Source of the DNA: Batkoa obscura
Taxonomy: Eukaryota
Length of the DNA stretch: 38,110 nt
Direction: 5' to 3'
NCBI GenBank assembly: GCA_030770535.1
Contig: JASVEC010000166.1
Coordinates: forward strand, 1-38,110
Both the position numbers and the translations under genes were made by a program. Below, piece by piece: positions 36,707 to 38,110 of this stretch. Each line of letters begins with the position of its first letter. Positions within the stretch are counted from its first letter, which is position 1. A model generated the notes under the pieces. The model was not told the origin of the DNA and ran no database searches. It saw only the letters and a list, made by a program, of their open reading frames with translations.

Positions 36707-37790
36707 CACTTCCATTTACTAATGCTGATTCCTTTTATAAAAACAACTGTGGAGCTGATGTTCCTAAGGCTGGAAATAATACAAACGTCAATGAACTTCA
36801 ATTATTAGAAGTACCTGAAGTTAAGGAATCCCAATTGAAGCCCCAATGAATCTAAAGACTCTAGATTGATTGATCCTCTTTTAACTGCTGTAGTTGATGG
36901 TACTTACATTAAAACATATACTTTACCCGATAATGTAGGCGTTATCCATATTTCTACTTTTTCACCTTCTAACAGAACCAAATGGTTTGATGAGGCAATT
37001 GATGGTTTCAAGGCGCTTCAAGATGAAAAAGCTGAAAAATTGATTTTGGATGTAAGTAATAACGGTGGCGGCGCCATTTGTTTGGGATATAACGTACTTG
37101 ATTATCTCTTTCCCCAAATGCTTCTACTAAGTTTTTTAATACTGATATGCACTATTCTCCATTACTTGCTAAGCTTACTCAAAATTCAACCAATGGTTTC
37201 TTTAATCCAAAATTTTATAATCAGCCTGATGGTAAACCAATCGCTTCACAAAACGCCCTTTACTAACATCAAAACCTATAATCGTGGTAATAATAGAAAC
37301 AGTCAATATACCCCTCAATTCCAAGACAGGTGTGGTACCAATCAATTACGCTCTCTATTAGTTAACAATACTCAACCATTTAAAACTGAAAATATTGCTT
37401 TAGTTTCCAACTCTATCTGTTATTCTACTTGTACCCTTTTAAGTAACGGTATGCAAGAATTTCATAATGTTAAGAGTTATGCTTTTGGTGGCCTTAAATA
37501 TAAAGATGCTACTATTGGTTCCCTTGGTGGCGGTACTGTTCATTCTCTTGATGGCCTTTTAGGTAGCTTAAAATCTTCAGGATTGGATAAGGACCCTGCT
37601 GCTCCACAACCACTCCCAATCAAAGGCGGTATTCGCTTCACTGTTAGAGAGGCTTATTCTTCTAGATTTAAGGAGCTCCGTCCATTAGAGTTCACTTGGA
37701 ATCCAGCCAAGAATCATAAAGCTTATACTGCAGAAACTGCTTTTAATCCATACAAAGTTTTGGGAACAAGTTGCTGAAGACTTGAAATAA
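35893..37790 (+). pseudogene. Second S41/CPAF-like peptidase paralogue, frameshifted as given (pseudogene or sequencing errors)
   Basis: Colinear with 16476-18377. Indels lie at ~36829, ~36846, ~37110 (+2), ~37257 and ~37760, and the restored frame ends YKVWEQVAEDLK* at 37790. Confidence 0.75.
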
Positions 37791-38110
37791 TTAACAAACC
37801 CTTATCATTAATAAAAATTATCTAAAACCATATTATTATTTGCTTTAGTTATTATTATCAGTAAAGGATTTCTATCCAAACTATTTAACATCTTTTCATA
37901 TTAAAAACTATTTGTAAGCAAACTAAGTAATTTAGTCCTTGAGACTACCTAAAAAGTAGATGCATTTGTATTGACGAATAAGGGGTAATGAATAATAGCT
38001 GTTTCTATTGTTTGTCTCCAGTAGCATCTATGTAATATTCTTTTTTTTTATAAAATAAATTATATACAAATAAATATAAAGACAGTGCTTGAATTAGTTA
38101 TGTTAAATTA

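Overview
AT-rich eukaryotic DNA with short GT-AG introns. The gene content and style suggest an early-diverging fungus, possibly Entomophthorales/Conidiobolus-like (inference). Intron-rich housekeeping genes are a PDH E3-binding protein/E2-like gene, ATP11, GatA/HER2, mitochondrial bL34, a gamma-glutamyltransferase-family gene and PHO88/SND3. Intronless genes are a MED25-like Mediator subunit (VWA + ACID), a cytochrome P450, a secreted class-3 lipase, a trypsin pseudogene, a homeodomain factor and two secreted S41/CPAF-like peptidase paralogues. The main structural feature is that the two peptidase genes form a large inverted repeat. A near-identical ~2.1 kb block (1279 bp of upstream DNA plus the 5' coding part) brackets a ~15 kb segment carrying the homeodomain gene, so the segment could be invertible, while the 3' halves have diverged in patches. 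A ~104 bp TIR-bounded, TA-flanked MITE-like family occurs at least 8 times.
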